A DNA stretch of 63,995 nucleotides, counting the filler, from Reticulomyxa filosa (Eukaryota > Protista > Foraminifera), in NCBI GenBank assembly GCA_000512085.1. It is 22 parts of 22 records of this genome, joined end to end, with 100 filler letters (N's around TTAATTAATTAA, not from the genome) between each part and the next. Parts side by side here need not be neighbours in the genome. Positions count along the whole stretch, not along the records: positions 11,547 to 19,104 come from ASPP01029414.1; positions 19,205 to 31,342 come from ASPP01027736.1; 20 more parts are not named here. The stretch is one strand, 5' to 3'. The notes beneath the pieces were generated by a model, which was not told the origin of the DNA, made no database searches, and saw only the letters and a list, made by a program, of their open reading frames with translations. The translations under genes were made by a program, and so were the position numbers. This document shows positions 12,276 to 26,200 of the stretch, one piece after another. Each line of letters begins with the position of its first letter. Position 1 is the first letter of the stretch.

Positions 12276-12289
12276 TGAATAAACATTTC

Positions 12290-13200
12290 AAATACAAATT
12301 TTGATAATATCATTGAAATACAGATAATTTATTTGAAATGTTTTTAACATAAATATCAACTCATTGTTCATTAAATGCTTCATACGCATGTGATTTTGAT
12401 ATTGTTTCATTAATGATAGTAGTACAGTTAAAAGTGTCTTTGATTATTATTTTTTTATCAGATTTGTCAAATATTTCATCAAATTCATCCAATAAACATA
12501 AATGAAAATATTTATACGAATAACATCCATTATCTCTTTATTGACCTGTCCCATTTGCAAATCTTGAGAAATGATTTTTCATTATAACGTTTTGGTAATG
12601 CGACATATAAACAATTAGATAACTGTGATTTTTTTTTACAATCAGGACAACTAAAAGATGTCTTATCTGAAATGAATCACATACTGACAATTTGACCTTT
12701 GATGCTGATTTCACTTGTCGGATGTCATTTATCAATTCAATTATTTTTGCATCTTTTTTCACAGATTCATGTTGTAAAGCATCGATTTTTATTTTTATTT
12801 TATTTCAATAGTTCAAGCATTAATAAATTGAAATCAAATAAATATTTAAATAAAACTGTGTACATTAAGTTATTGAATTTCTTTGATTACCTCTTTTCAA
12901 ATCATATCATTGAGAACAGATTATTATCAATAGGTCTGAAATTTGTTGTCTCGAAGATTTACTCTTTACAAATTCGCAATGATATCATGTTATTGAATTG
13001 GACATTTCCCATTGCTTTGTTTCAAATATTTTTGCAGACATTCTTCTCCAAACAAATACACTTTCATGTTCATCACAATGCAATTGCACTGCGTTGTTTG
13101 CAATTTATTTGCAAATATAGCAGACTAATGGGTTCAATTTTTCTGATTTGTTAGTCATCAAAGCCCAGTCTTTGTCATAACAACCAGAACTGGAAAATCT
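12290..13200 (-). pseudogene. TRAF-type RING / coiled-coil family pseudogene
   Basis: CYDKDWALMTNKSEKLNPLVCYIC...CDEH...CLQKYLKQSNGKCPIQ*HD, with frameshifts and stops. Confidence 0.6.
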
Positions 13201-13229
13201 TTGGAAATTTTCTAAACATATCGAACACT

Positions 13230-13700
13230 GTCCTAGGTTCAAATCGGTATATTAAGAGAAAATTACATTTCTCCAGTCTGCTGCTGTCCAACCTTTGTGC
13301 GCTCTTGCAAATTATAATCGCAGTTTTTACGATCTTCCGATAAGTACAGCTTCTTTTTCTTTGTTATAGCACGCATCCAAATAGTTTTAAGCGCTATACT
13401 GACTGTTTGTCTAGAAACAACAACGTTCTCTTCATTTTGTAACAGCATCTTAATGTCTGATGTAGTTTCACATTTATCTGCAACAAGCCATCTGACGATA
13501 CGTCGTTTGATTCTGTATGAAATAGTACCTTTTCTTCATGACACAAGTTTTCTTTCAATATTTCCTATTGAGCTATAAGTTTTTTTCCATTTATAAACTG
13601 CATCAACGCTAACTTTGAAACATTTTGCAACTAATACTACGTACACTTCTTAGCATATCAACAATTATGCACTTATCAAATTGAGTGATATGCACTAATT
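13230..13700 (-). mobile_element. Tc1/mariner transposase N-terminal remnant
   Basis: HTH-like VAKCFKVSVDAVYKWKK, then VSRQTVSIAL, then FARAHKGWTAADWRNVIFS* (Tc1 'W..VIFSDE' up to the first catalytic Asp). Confidence 0.75.
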
Positions 13701-14515
13701 TAGTCCTTACACGTTTATTGATGATGTAAATTTGTTTTCTCAAAAAAAGATTTTTTATTGGAATGAAATTAAGCTTTGAACTTCCGTAAGTTCAAAAAGT
13801 GAACTTTTTTATTAACTACAAAAAATTTAATAATTTTAATTATATCTTCTAAACTAACAAAGATATAAATATCAAATTTTAGGTAATTGAACATCAGTAT
13901 AAGTTCAATATGTATGTAAAATTACAGACTTGTAACTTAAGTAGACTAATAAAAAAAATAATAACTTTAAATAATCTGATTTTTCTGATTTATTCACTTT
14001 TTTTTGGACTATGCTGTATAACACCAGATCGATGATGCATCAATTAATACTAGCATATGCATCAACGTTGATATAAACACGAATGATAGCACTAATGCAA
14101 GATACGTTAGTGTGGCATCAACATGAAAAAAAATTGTTCTCATGATACTGCTAGCAAATATAAACAATTAATTGAAGAAAAGTTAACATTAAAATTAGAC
14201 ATTATTTAATAATTTTTTTCAAAACGAACAACTGAACGAAAAATATCAAATATTTCGTGTGAATGCTCAATTACAGATTGATTCGAGCAGTTCAATATCT
14301 GAAGATTTATTTTGTTATATTTAAAAAAATGCAAATGTACGTATTCTTATCCGATGGATATTGAGTTAAATGGACATTGCATTGTAAATTGTTGAAAATA
14401 TAAATGTTTAAATTGACTTGTCAATTCCAAAATCTAACACTTAAAATTTCATTGCATCAATAATAAAAATTATCACAAATGTAGGTAATATTTTTTTGTT
14501 TTACTTATAAAAAGA

Positions 14516-17147
14516 TTAGGAACACAAAGCAATCTCAATTTGCTCTTTAGTAATTGTTTGGATTTTTTTGTTTTCTTCTATATCACAGCCTGATCGTCCA
14601 TGCCTACAGCTTGGAGACTTTGGATCCAAGTTTGAGCAAATACTACATTTGCACGCATACCATCGACTGAGGCAACAAAAGCAATATCTGTGGGAACAAG
14701 CGGGACATTTAACTTCTTTGCACTTGTCTTGATGAACGTTTTGCTATTTAAAAGTTAGTGGTAAAAAGTTGAGCCGGAGGGGGGACATCTCTTTTTTTTT
14801 TTTTTAAGTTACAAATGATTAACTGCCAAACATTTCGGATTTGGACACAATCTTCGTTCTGGTACATTTTCAATGTCGTCAAAAGGTATTTTTTTTCTTC
14901 CAGATGCTTCCAACCACTGAGAATAATGTAAGAACATGTCACAGTCACTGTTTCCGCAAATGACAAAACCACGACCTTTCCATTTTTGGCGACATAACCA
15001 ACACCAGTCGTTTGAACGACAACGTGGGCATTTTACTCTGTAAATATTATTTGTTGGTATATTTTAATTGTTGAGAATGAAGGAGAAAAAAAAAAAAAAA
15101 AAAGTTATTACCTAAATTCTTTAATGTTACGAAATACGTATGATTTGCAATCTTCATTGGGGCACACTTTGATCTCCCAGTTATTGTTTCCACTTAATAA
15201 ATTTTCTGTAAACGCTTGTTCGTATTCCTTTCTTTCCTCAAACGGTATGTTGCAAAACGCAAATGCCAATGGTAACGGAATCAGCGCTGAACAACTCATG
15301 GGACATCTCACTCCATGTTCCGCAATACGCATCGATTCTTGTAATTTTTTTTTTAAATTAAATTTTTACTTCCTCTGATATAAAAAAAAAAAGGTAACTG
15401 TTAAATGACTCAAACAAGCAGCTATTGCAAAAAATATGAACCGCACCGCCATCCTTATGTTTTACACTCAACCTCTTGCAATTTGCCATTGAACATGCTT
15501 CATGTATGCCCAATGAACAGTCACTTGTCGTTAGAGACCAACTCGATAATTTGAAATCATCTTCCATTTTGATGTTAGTCACTAACGATTCATCAAAATA
15601 GCGGTACGTTTCCAAGTTCAGAGTCTCCCAATTTACGACTTTGTGATCTTCCAATGTTAGAGCACTATTTTCTTTTTGCGCTCCTTCTTGAGAGCCAACT
15701 TTTGGACCCTTATTTTATTATTATTTATTATTATTATTTCTATTTTAATAAAAGTATATATCCTCTTAAAACAAAAAACAATGATCATACCATCGCTTTT
15801 AGCACTTCAAGCTTTCGAAGTAGAATTGGCTTTTCATAATTAGATCTAAATGCACCAAGAGTCTCACAAATACTTAGCAGTGTTTCAATTTTAGTTTTAT
15901 TGCCTTGTTCCAATTTTACCTGGTACACTTGGTCGTGATAATTCAAAAACAACAAAAACAAGTCTGCATACATCACCATGGAAGTCTTACTGGCTCCGTT
16001 TTGGCGAAATTTGGAGACGGCTTTGTCCCATGCTCTTTCGTCGTAATTAGCGATTGTGAACGCCAATTCATTAGTCAAATACGATATATTTTCGCAAACA
16101 AACGGACAAACTACATTGACAGCTCTGACGGCAATACGGTCTGTATTTTTTCCATTAACAAAAACATCCAAAAAAAAAACAAAAAGAAGCAAGTCTAATA
16201 AAATATTTATTTACAAATAGAAAAAAAAAAAAAACAAACAATATACCATTGATATACTTATCCATGCAATCCGAGCAAAATGTATGTCCACAACGTAAGG
16301 TTACTTTCGGCATGCTCTTGTCACGGCACCCTTTGCTCATATTCCATGCGCACATAGCTTCACAGGACACAGTGACTCCAAATTTTTCCACTTGTTCTTT
16401 GTTGAATGTGCCTTTATTGTCACTTTTCAGCTTGAATTGATTTTCAATGGTCCGAGCCTCTGTTTCGCTGAAATTACCTAAGCAGACTGCCAGTCCCACA
16501 TTGATCGCTGCGCCACACAGGCAGTTCAAAATGGTTTTCTTTTTTTTCATTTGATCTGTTGCCAAATGTTATGTACCTTTTTTTTTTTTTTTTTCTCCCT
16601 TCTTTAAATAGTAGAGTTGGTCAAAGAAAACACATACCGTTTACAATTAAACGCATGCAATCACCGCAATAGCGATGCCACAATGTAATTCAACCTTTTG
16701 CATATTTTCGTTGTCGCAGCTACTTTTTTTAATGCTGCATTGCTTTGTGCAATTTTGTATTCATCTTCGTATTGCTCTGTTTTTTTTTTTTTTTTTTGCA
16801 AGTTAATTATTTTAAATAAGCACATAACAATTTTTTTTTTAAAAAAAAAAAAAGTAACTCAGTTTGCTTTCATCTAAAATCGATACCGAGCCACCCAACA
16901 AACGAAACACTGCAAACAATGTTGCTCCATCATTGACATTATAGTCACTCAATTTTAAATCTTCTCTTTCGAGCTGCTTGGTCAGATAAATCAATCGGAC
17001 ATCTCGCACTCCTTCTCTATCTTCGATCAGCTTTTTCAGTTCTCCTACGGTAGTCGAGCCCGATATCTTGGAATTCAAGTTGAAATTTATAGTCTTTTTA
17101 CCAGCTGCATCCAAGCGAATCATCAGGTTATTGAAATATTTTGACAT
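14516..17147 (-). CDS. Ubiquitin-like domain + tandem RING-like fingers + IBR + RING2 (RBR E3 ligase), multi-exon
   Basis: Ubl ...RLIYLTKQLE..LSDYNV..GATLFAVFRLLGG. RING-like units CG-HRYCGDC, CGHTFCSDC..CPFVC, HIFCNSC..CPMSC. IBR CPNEDC..CPRC..WCWLC. RING2 CPNPKC..CKEVKCPACSHRYCFCCL. TAA at 14516. Confidence 0.8.
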
Positions 17148-17940
17148 CTTTCAAACAAAAACCAATCCAAAAAATTTTTTTAACACTCCGATAAAAAGAA
17201 AACAATAACAACAAATGAAGTAAAAACCTTTGGTATTTAAATGATAACAATTTTCAACGACTATAACAAAAAACCTCAAAATGACTTTTTTCTTGGTAGG
17301 AAATTTGTAAAAAACACAAACAGCAAAAGGTCACAAATTTAAACTTTTTTTAAAAAACTATCACACTAATTAAAATAGATTTAGTAAACCAGGCTTTTTA
17401 TCATAAAAAAACACAATGATATTTGCATTTGATTTTCTCCAAAAAAATTTATGTTTAATTTTTTTTTGTAAAGACTGGTATTGAAAAAGTTTTTAAAATT
17501 GTTACAGATTCAACGTGTCAATCTTTTCTATGCAGTTTTTAAGGGATTTCAGTATTCGAAAAACTTGAAAAAAAAATAAAAGTCAAAAAAATATTGACGA
17601 TTCAAGATCAAAAATACATTTTCAATTTGCATAATCGATGAAAGGATTAGTCTGAAATGAACAGCCTAAAGCACGTAACACTTGTGCTCTTTTAAGTGCA
17701 AAAGCCACATTTCGCAAGAAGCAAAGCAAATGTATACAATTACTACACGGCGTGTTAAGACAATGTATCTTGTAACAAAAAAAATTTTGAGGAGATTAAT
17801 TATTTGGGAAAAAAACTTTTCCACAAATCGAAAATACTTTTTTGTTGTTGTATTGTTATTTTTTTTTTTTTTTTTGTTTTATTTATTTAATAGGAAGTGT
17901 AAAGTTAAAAAAAAAAAGATTTGAATTGGACAAATGATAT

Positions 17941-19050
17941 TTATTCCCACAGCCGAATGGAGCCTCGCCTAGCTCCGTAACATAGCAAAAAAGTATCCTC
18001 TCTTTTTTTATGAAATGGGGAAAATTTGAGACAAGATATTCCGTCATCATTGTCATTGCCCTTGATTTCGTGCAATTGTTTAGTGATTCGAATATCCCAA
18101 AAACGAATTGTATTATCCCACGATCCAGAGCACATTATATTGGCATTACCAATTCCAAATTGATCAATTGTTGCATTTACAAATGGTGAATTGTCAACAC
18201 ACGTTACACTTTCTGTGTGACCAATAAATACTTGAGTTGTGTTTTCCGATCGAATATCCCACAAACGAACTGTTTTATCACCTGAGCCAGAGCATAGCAT
18301 AGACCCACCCCCTCCATTGATGCCAGTAGCATATGGCAGATATTTAATGGTATTTATGCCACCTTCATGCCCTTTGAAAACAGACAACTCTTTGGCGGTC
18401 TCAATGTCCCACAAACGAATATTACCATCCCATGATCCTGAGCAAATGGAATATCCATTGCCTCCAATCACAGCAGCACTTTTATGGTTGCCATTTGTTT
18501 GCAATGGCGAAAAGTCCACGCACAAAATGCCATCTTCATGTCCATTGAAAACATGCAACAAAGTGGATGTCCCAACATCCCATAATCGAATACTTTCATC
18601 GTTCGATCCAGAACACAAGTATCGACCGCTATTGAATGGTGAAAATTCAATGCCATTAACAGCTCCAGTGTGTCCGTCAAATACTTGCATTCTTTATTAG
18701 ATTTAAAATCCACAAAGCGAATGGTTTTGTCATATGATGCAGAACAAATGATTGAACGGTTGTGATAATAATAGTGATAAGGTGAAAATTTGACACAAAA
18801 TATCACGTGGGAATATTCATTGATATTGCTAAGCTGTTTGGAGGTTCCCATGTCCCATACACAAATTGTTTTATCACTTGATCCAGAACAAAGGAAATCA
18901 CAATCATCAAATGTTGAATAATCAATACTCCGCACAGTGTCAGTGTGTGCACTGATAGTTTTGCGTAGCTTCGCAGATCCACATAAATCAAAATTGAATG
19001 TCGTGTTTTTATTGACAGGCTCTGTTTCATCTTTGCTGTCGCTGTCTTGG
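17941..19050 (-). CDS. WD40-repeat protein (5'-partial; single homopolymer frameshift ~18692)
   Basis: About 7 GH...CSGS.D..IRLWD repeats; paralog of 43657-45037. Confidence 0.9.
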
Positions 19051-21099
19051 CTTTTTTTTTTTTTTTTTGGTATGTCTAATCTCTACATTGTTCCTTTTTC
19101 TTGCNNNNNNNNNNNNNNNNNNNNNNNNNNNNNNNNNNNNNNNNNNNNTTAATTAATTAANNNNNNNNNNNNNNNNNNNNNNNNNNNNNNNNNNNNNNNN
19201 NNNNCTAACGAATGTGCTATCCTTCAAATTGTGAAGTGATTTACTGAGAGCGATTAAATCGGGTGTGTGGCTTAAATATTTTAAAAGTTGAAAGAGCACT
19301 TTGTTTCCTTTCGAATAAAATTCCTTTGTTGATGACCAATCGTTTTATGTCAAAAAGCTAATTTTGCTGTGAAATCTTTTCTTAGTCTCTAACGAAGATA
19401 TATCGTGTCTTTTAAAATAGAATCATCCAATACAGAGAAAAAAATGTCCCAACAATTATGACAAGTTGTTGTATATCGAATTAATTCAAACTTGTTCGGC
19501 GTCAATCCCTACAAATCTCTTTTGTGTGGTTGAGCAGCCGTTCTTTCATAATAACGTATAATTTTCTCCACTTTAAATGTATGTATTGATTTATTTTTTA
19601 GAAGTTGGCAAATGATGAATGTTAATCGTATTATTTGAAATAATCTTTTTGGATACAATGTCATAGTTTTTAAAATAGTATTTATCAAACTATCACGTGT
19701 ATTTTTAAAATCAAGCTAAACAATAAGATGAGTAGTTTTACTTAATGCGCACGTAGCCCTCTAGTGAGATTATGTGACAATGAACTTTCATAACGTAGAA
19801 TTCCTAGTGTACGAGTTTTTGTATAGTATCTAAGATTCTGATTATGATTTGCTTTTTTTTGTGCGGTTTAGTAGCGGCAGTAACAAAAAGTTTAAGTGTT
19901 ACACGGAAGCGGTAGTATCATACGTGACACAATAGGTAAAATCTCAGCCCAGATGCCGCAATAAAGTAGTATCTCTGCTAAAGACAAAACCGTGTAAAAT
20001 AACAAACTAATAAAACGGAGGGGACCATAAAGCCAACTGACATTGAATTTTTGTTGCAAAAAAGACATTTTTGATTTTATTTCCTTTTGATAAATACAAT
20101 TTTAATTTCGAGGAATAGTAGCCAAAAGACAAAAAAACTGAAGTCATAAAATCCAAGCCATGCTATTCAAATATTACACAAGTTTCATTTTGTTTGTGTT
20201 TGTCTTAAATGATCGAACAACATCCAACTAAAAATCGCTGTAGTTTTGAAAAAAAGGGGGTAACAATTTCATAATAAAGAAGCAAGCAAATACAAAATAA
20301 AAACACAAAAAAGCTGAACAGTCTACAAAAACATCATATTATTGATAATCTATTCACACATATTACGTCAGTTGATCCTTTCGACGTAACAACATGAACA
20401 CGAAAAACGACCAAACAAATTGGATTGTTTGTTAATACATAGGGAACCTCAAACAACAGAATTGAAAGATATTTGGAATAAGGATCAAATGAATCAAAAA
20501 GTATACATCATTAGTATTTGTGGGGAAGCAGGGCTTGAAATGTGTGTTTGCACAAATGATTGCGTACTTGTGGGCCAACGATCAGATTTCAATTATCGCC
20601 GCACGTCTGATTAAAAAAACTTATTAATAACTTTGTGAGGAAAGAGTATCAAAAAAGACCATTGTCAAAAACAGTCTCACTCTCTCAATTAATTTATCAT
20701 TTATCATTAATTAAACAATCATTCCATTTCTCAAAACTGATCTCTCTTTTGGTGGTTTCTTTTTTTAATTTTATTTGCAAAATCCAAAGCAATTACAATC
20801 TCTTATTTGGGGAACCATATTGAAAAGAGCAAATATGAATTCATTTGGTTCAACAAATGTAAATGATTTTGAAGAGATTTTTTTTAGTTTAAAAGTGCTG
20901 ACAATTTGTGAAAGGAAAAAATGCTTAATTCACAAAATGTCAATTTATTCTGTATTAAATCAACGAAAGAACCAAGTCTGATTTGTCTCAAAAGACAACA
21001 AAGTCTTTTATAGAGGAAAAAAAATTAAATAATTTTACTATTTTTTATGCTTTCTCCAACAAATAAATTGAACCATTTCATATCCCATAAACAATGAAG

Positions 21100-22030
21100 G
21101 AACATCCTCTTTTTCTTTTCTCCAACCATGTTCAATACCTTCCTAAAGCCCGACATCATGTATCAATTGTAATATTTACCTTTTTGGATATTTTCTTTTT
21201 TATTTGTGATATTCAATTGTTATTATATTTTCTTGTGCTTTGACAAAAAAATCCTAAATTAAAATATACATTAGCAATATCACTGTGATTAATTTCGAAT
21301 ATATTTTGTCGAGTATTTAATTCTTTTTCAAAATATTTCTTTGTTTTAGTATAATCGTCTTTATTATAGTAACCATTGCCTATGGTAAGAATCAGCAGTA
21401 GATGAATGATTTAGTCCAGGAATATCTATCTTATTTTCATTGCTTTTTCATAGTGTCCAATAGCATTATCATGTCGTGATTATGCTTATAGCAAGCAGCT
21501 AAATTGTTATGCTGTAGCAACACGAAGATTAGTGTTGCCAAATATATCTAATCTGATTTTTAATGCCCTTTTATAATATTCAATTGATATATCATACCTT
21601 TTTTTCCAATAAGACCACCTAAATTGGAGTAAAAAATAGCAAACTGTTATGATTGATCCCAACATATTCAATATAATATTTAATGCCTTTTCGTAGTATA
21701 ATATTGTTCATAATTTTTTTTCCATAGCAAATATTATCAATTATATTATATAGTTGAGTTACAAAAGAATGATCAATACCAAGTGTGTTGAGTGAAAGTT
21801 GCAAATGTTGTTCTAAAAGAAGCATTGAATCATCTAAGAGATTGTCTTCTTCCAAATTTTTTCCTTTATCCTCAAGGTCTTGCAATTATCTTAGAATATC
21901 ATTATTCATTTTAGTATCCCATTAAACTGGCAAAACAGATTGTCTCAATTGTTGGTCAATAACTGTATTCTTTGTAATAAATAATTGTGATGTGATATAT
22001 TTTGTTGACATCGTATCTCACAAGTTACAG
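21100..22030 (-). pseudogene. TPR (kinesin-light-chain type) family pseudogene
   Basis: EQHLQLSLNTLGIDHSFVTQLYN..., YDISIEYYKRALKIRLDIFG, HYEKAMKIR; many disruptions. Confidence 0.65.
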
Positions 22031-23209
22031 CATGTGATATCATTAAATATTAGTAATCTCCTTTTTATTATAAAGTAGAATGCAAAGGAAAGTTAACACC
22101 TAAAACGGCACCTTATAGAGATGATTATGACAACGATATGTGGTTTCAAAGGGAAATAAAAGACATGAATGAACATTTAAATTCTTCATGTGCATTTAAA
22201 GTGTCTAATTGTTGGTTTAATGTGGTTATGACGCACAGACTACACAAAAATATAAATAATTACAATGCATTGATAATAATAATATCTGACGTGGGGATAA
22301 AGGGGATGCATTGATAACAAGTGATGGAAGCGACATACAATTGATTCAATTTAATCATATTTTGATTGTGAGCACATGACCTCGTTTCAAGACTATCCCA
22401 AAATATTTTTCATTGATATTTCTCGTGGTATTTGCGTCCTCAAAAAGAAAAAAAGGAAGAATCGACACTATGCACAATGGATAATTTTTTAATGACGTGG
22501 TTGACAACAAGTGGATACAAGGTAGGATTTGCCATTGTTTAGCGAAAGCTTAAAACGTACAGTTGCTTCCAGAGGTAAAAATGATTCTTTACGTTAAATG
22601 TAAGAGAAATTCGGAAAGATGTTACAAAAAACGTTGAAGATCCATCTTATTCCGTGGAAAGTAGTGATACTACCGACAATCATTTTTCAAAAAAAAATTC
22701 TTTTTTTACACAGCAAATTTGAGACTTTTTTTGTATTGTGTGTTTCTCAGTATCGGAAACGTCACACAATCTCAGTCGAGTATTGATTACAATTGCCTCT
22801 TACATTTTTGTGTTATGCATCAAACAAAAACACTCATTCGTGCGCTTAGAAGGAAAAAAATTAAAAAACTAAACAGAAAAAAATTAGCCTACAAATGGAT
22901 TAATAACTGATTTTCAATTTTATTTATTGCAAAGTCATACATCTAAACTGTATATCACAAATGACGTGAGAATTCTTTTTTGGGATAGTTTGCTGCTGTT
23001 GACTGTGTTTCGCTTTAGACAGTTCGTTTTTAATGTACTAATTTTTTGTTTTCTAGAAATTGTTATTTGACTGCACTGTCGATTCTTATTTTGAAGAAAT
23101 TTACAGTTTTATACTTATAAAGAATCCATTTTTAAGACGCATATATTTTACACCATGCACAAAATCATGTCAAACAGGAAACATAAAATGAAACATTTTT
23201 TGTTACAAA

Positions 23210-26200
23210 TTATTGATAGATGTGTTCCGTTTTTATGTCTTTTAATGCGCGCCACAATTCACTGACGTGCTTAACCAGCAATTTGAAATCTGTATTTTTT
23301 TTAAATAGATTGCATTGCCTTGAGTCAAAATTCGCCATGTTCATCCAGTCGTACAGCATTTCGGCTCTAATTTCAGTATATTAATATTTTTTATTTTTGT
23401 GAAGTAAAAAAATAATAGATTTGTAAAGATGAGCTAACAGATTAATTTTATCAGCGCGATTCAGTAGTACGATCACTTGGCAAAGTATTTGAGCTGCATC
23501 CCGTTTATCTTGTGGATCACTAAAAATAGATTGAATATTCTCCCACTCATCAGGAGTGGAAATATGATTTTTGAGATCAGGATAGCGGAGTTCAAGGGAT
23601 TCCAAATGGCTTTCAACAGTCAATTCATCGGCATATTGAAACATTGGGATACTTATATCGATTACATGCCGACCTAAAATAGCCCTGTTATAAATCTCAC
23701 TTTCAATGGATTGAAAATCAATTCTCTCATTACTATCATCATCATAGTCATGTCCACATTCCAATGTAGGACAATGCCATGCGCTAATGATTTTATTTAC
23801 CATCGCTTTATCTATGCAGACAATATCTCGATTAGAAATTTCAAACAAGGATTTGGAAATGATCATTTTATCTGCTGAGACAGGTTCCGTTGTCAAGAGG
23901 ATATCATCATCCTCCATTTTCTGTTCCTCTCTAATTGACACCTTTTTGCAATAAGAATGAGCACTTTGCAAAAAATTGTTATTAATTTCCTGCAATATTT
24001 CAGCAATTTCCACAATCAATTTTCCAGGAGTGTCTATTCGCAGAGTGCAACAATCAAGATACACAGTTTGGAAATCTTGAGTGCGCTCTTTAAATCTTTC
24101 CCAGCATTTGACGAGTTGCTTCCAAAATTGTTTGTATTTCGTATGATCACAATCGTTGATGATACTATCTATGGTCCTGACTTTGCATTCTTCCTGTCTG
24201 AGTCTTCCAGAGAATTGCAAGTGACAGTACTTTGTCCATTGTCCAATACCAGGTAAACATTTGACATACTCCAAATCGTTAATTAATTTCAATGTGTGAA
24301 AGAGCAATGGATATTGTCTTGTTAATTCTGGATTATTGTAAAATTTGTACAATACACTTGTAAATGACACAATGCGTGTCACCAAAAACAATTGAAGAAT
24401 GGGCTGACTGGTTGCATCATCTTCTTCTTTGATTTTATAATCGATCTCTCTTGTTGAATCTGAAGCCGATAGCACCTTTCGCAAAGAGCTGGAATTTTTG
24501 AATTTATTGAAGAATTGGGAGTAATCTTTTTCGACAGCTCTTTCAAATTTCTCAATACTTTGTGAATCAACGTTGTCCAATTCATTAGGAAATGTCTTGT
24601 TAAACCACTGCGGAAGTCCACAAAGCCACTCATGTAAGGCCACGCAAAGTGGTTCCTCCTTCATCATCACCACTTTCGATAGCAACAAAAATTTGTCTTT
24701 TGTTTCTTTCCACAAACTGGACACTTGCTTTCCTGAAGTGTCTGTATGTCCCAGTAGCATTGTCAAATAGCCCAATAATTGTAATAATGCACGAATTATC
24801 GGGGATATATCTTTACTTTGCTTTTCATCTTTTTTGCTGCTATCAATTATTATTACACAGCACAGATATATACACATATAAATATATATATGTACATATA
24901 TATACATATATACATATATATATATATTTTTTTTTTGCAATTCAGTAGACAAAACAAATATATTACAATAATTCCTACTTGTCGATAATTTGTGCAGCTG
25001 CATTTGCTCCTGTTGCTTGTGTCACGAAGTCAGTATTGTCTACCATTGCGTCGCACCATGGATCTGGACATTTCAATTTTCGATCAGCTTGGCGTCCTTT
25101 CGCAAAAAAGGGATGTCGATTTTGGCAAAAACAAATTGAGAATTCTGTTTTTGCCATTTCTTTCTTCGGTCGCTCGCCTGGTTTGCGTTGGTTTGCAAAT
25201 CTTTTAGGTTCACTCAACAGTATTTTAAACGGGTTTTCTGTGCGGTAAAAAAATAAATAAATAAAAAATTAATCCTTTTTTTTTTACGACAAACAAAGAC
25301 AGAAAATGTAGTTTGTTTTTTTTTGGTAAGGTCGTTCTCCCTCCGAACTTTTCATGATCTGAAGGGCTCCTAGCCAATGAAAAGAGAGACGAGCAATGGC
25401 TTCATCAGTTGTATCGTTAAAGTTTGACAGCTGAAACTTTTTTGTAATCGGAGATTTTAACAGCAAATTTCTTATGCAGGTTTCTTCCACTCTTGAAGTT
25501 ATAAAATTCAAATTCTGCAGGTACGTGAATATCTCTATGTTTGTGCAAAAGATATTGACAAAAAAAAAACATCTTTTGCAAATACGTATAATATATATGT
25601 ACATATATATGTGTATATATATACATTATATCTTCGCCCATGTTTTATGTATACATATGTATGTACATATAAACTGATTAAATTCTCAGGTGAAATGGAG
25701 CTGGACAGAAATAGTGCTGCAGTTAATAGAGAAGGAATGTCTTCTTTGCTGCCAACATAACAATTATAATCACCTGAAATTAACTTGTCTTTGAAAGATT
25801 TGTATCTTTTGCCAAAGCTTTCATTGAATGGCCGTGCAAAAGATTCATAATGATCTCGCCGCTGCAATTGCGAAAAAATTTTGCTAGTACCGAATAGTGT
25901 GAATTCCTGTCGAAGCCAAGGTTGTGAAAAGAACATTTGGAGCCAGTCCATATTTTTCGACATGCAACATTGTTTGAGGAACCATATGTGCAGATGATCC
26001 TCGTACTCTTGCCACTGTTCGAACAGTTTCTGATTGTCTCGAAAATAAGACAAGTCCTTACAAATGCCTATTAAACATAGTCTAATTTTTTCATTCTCTG
26101 ATGGATACTCCAAAATTGTTGCATTCTTGACTAAGGACGAAATGCTTTGGATCAATCGTACTTTCAGTTGCGAGACGACAGAAATCTTTTGGTCTCGAGT

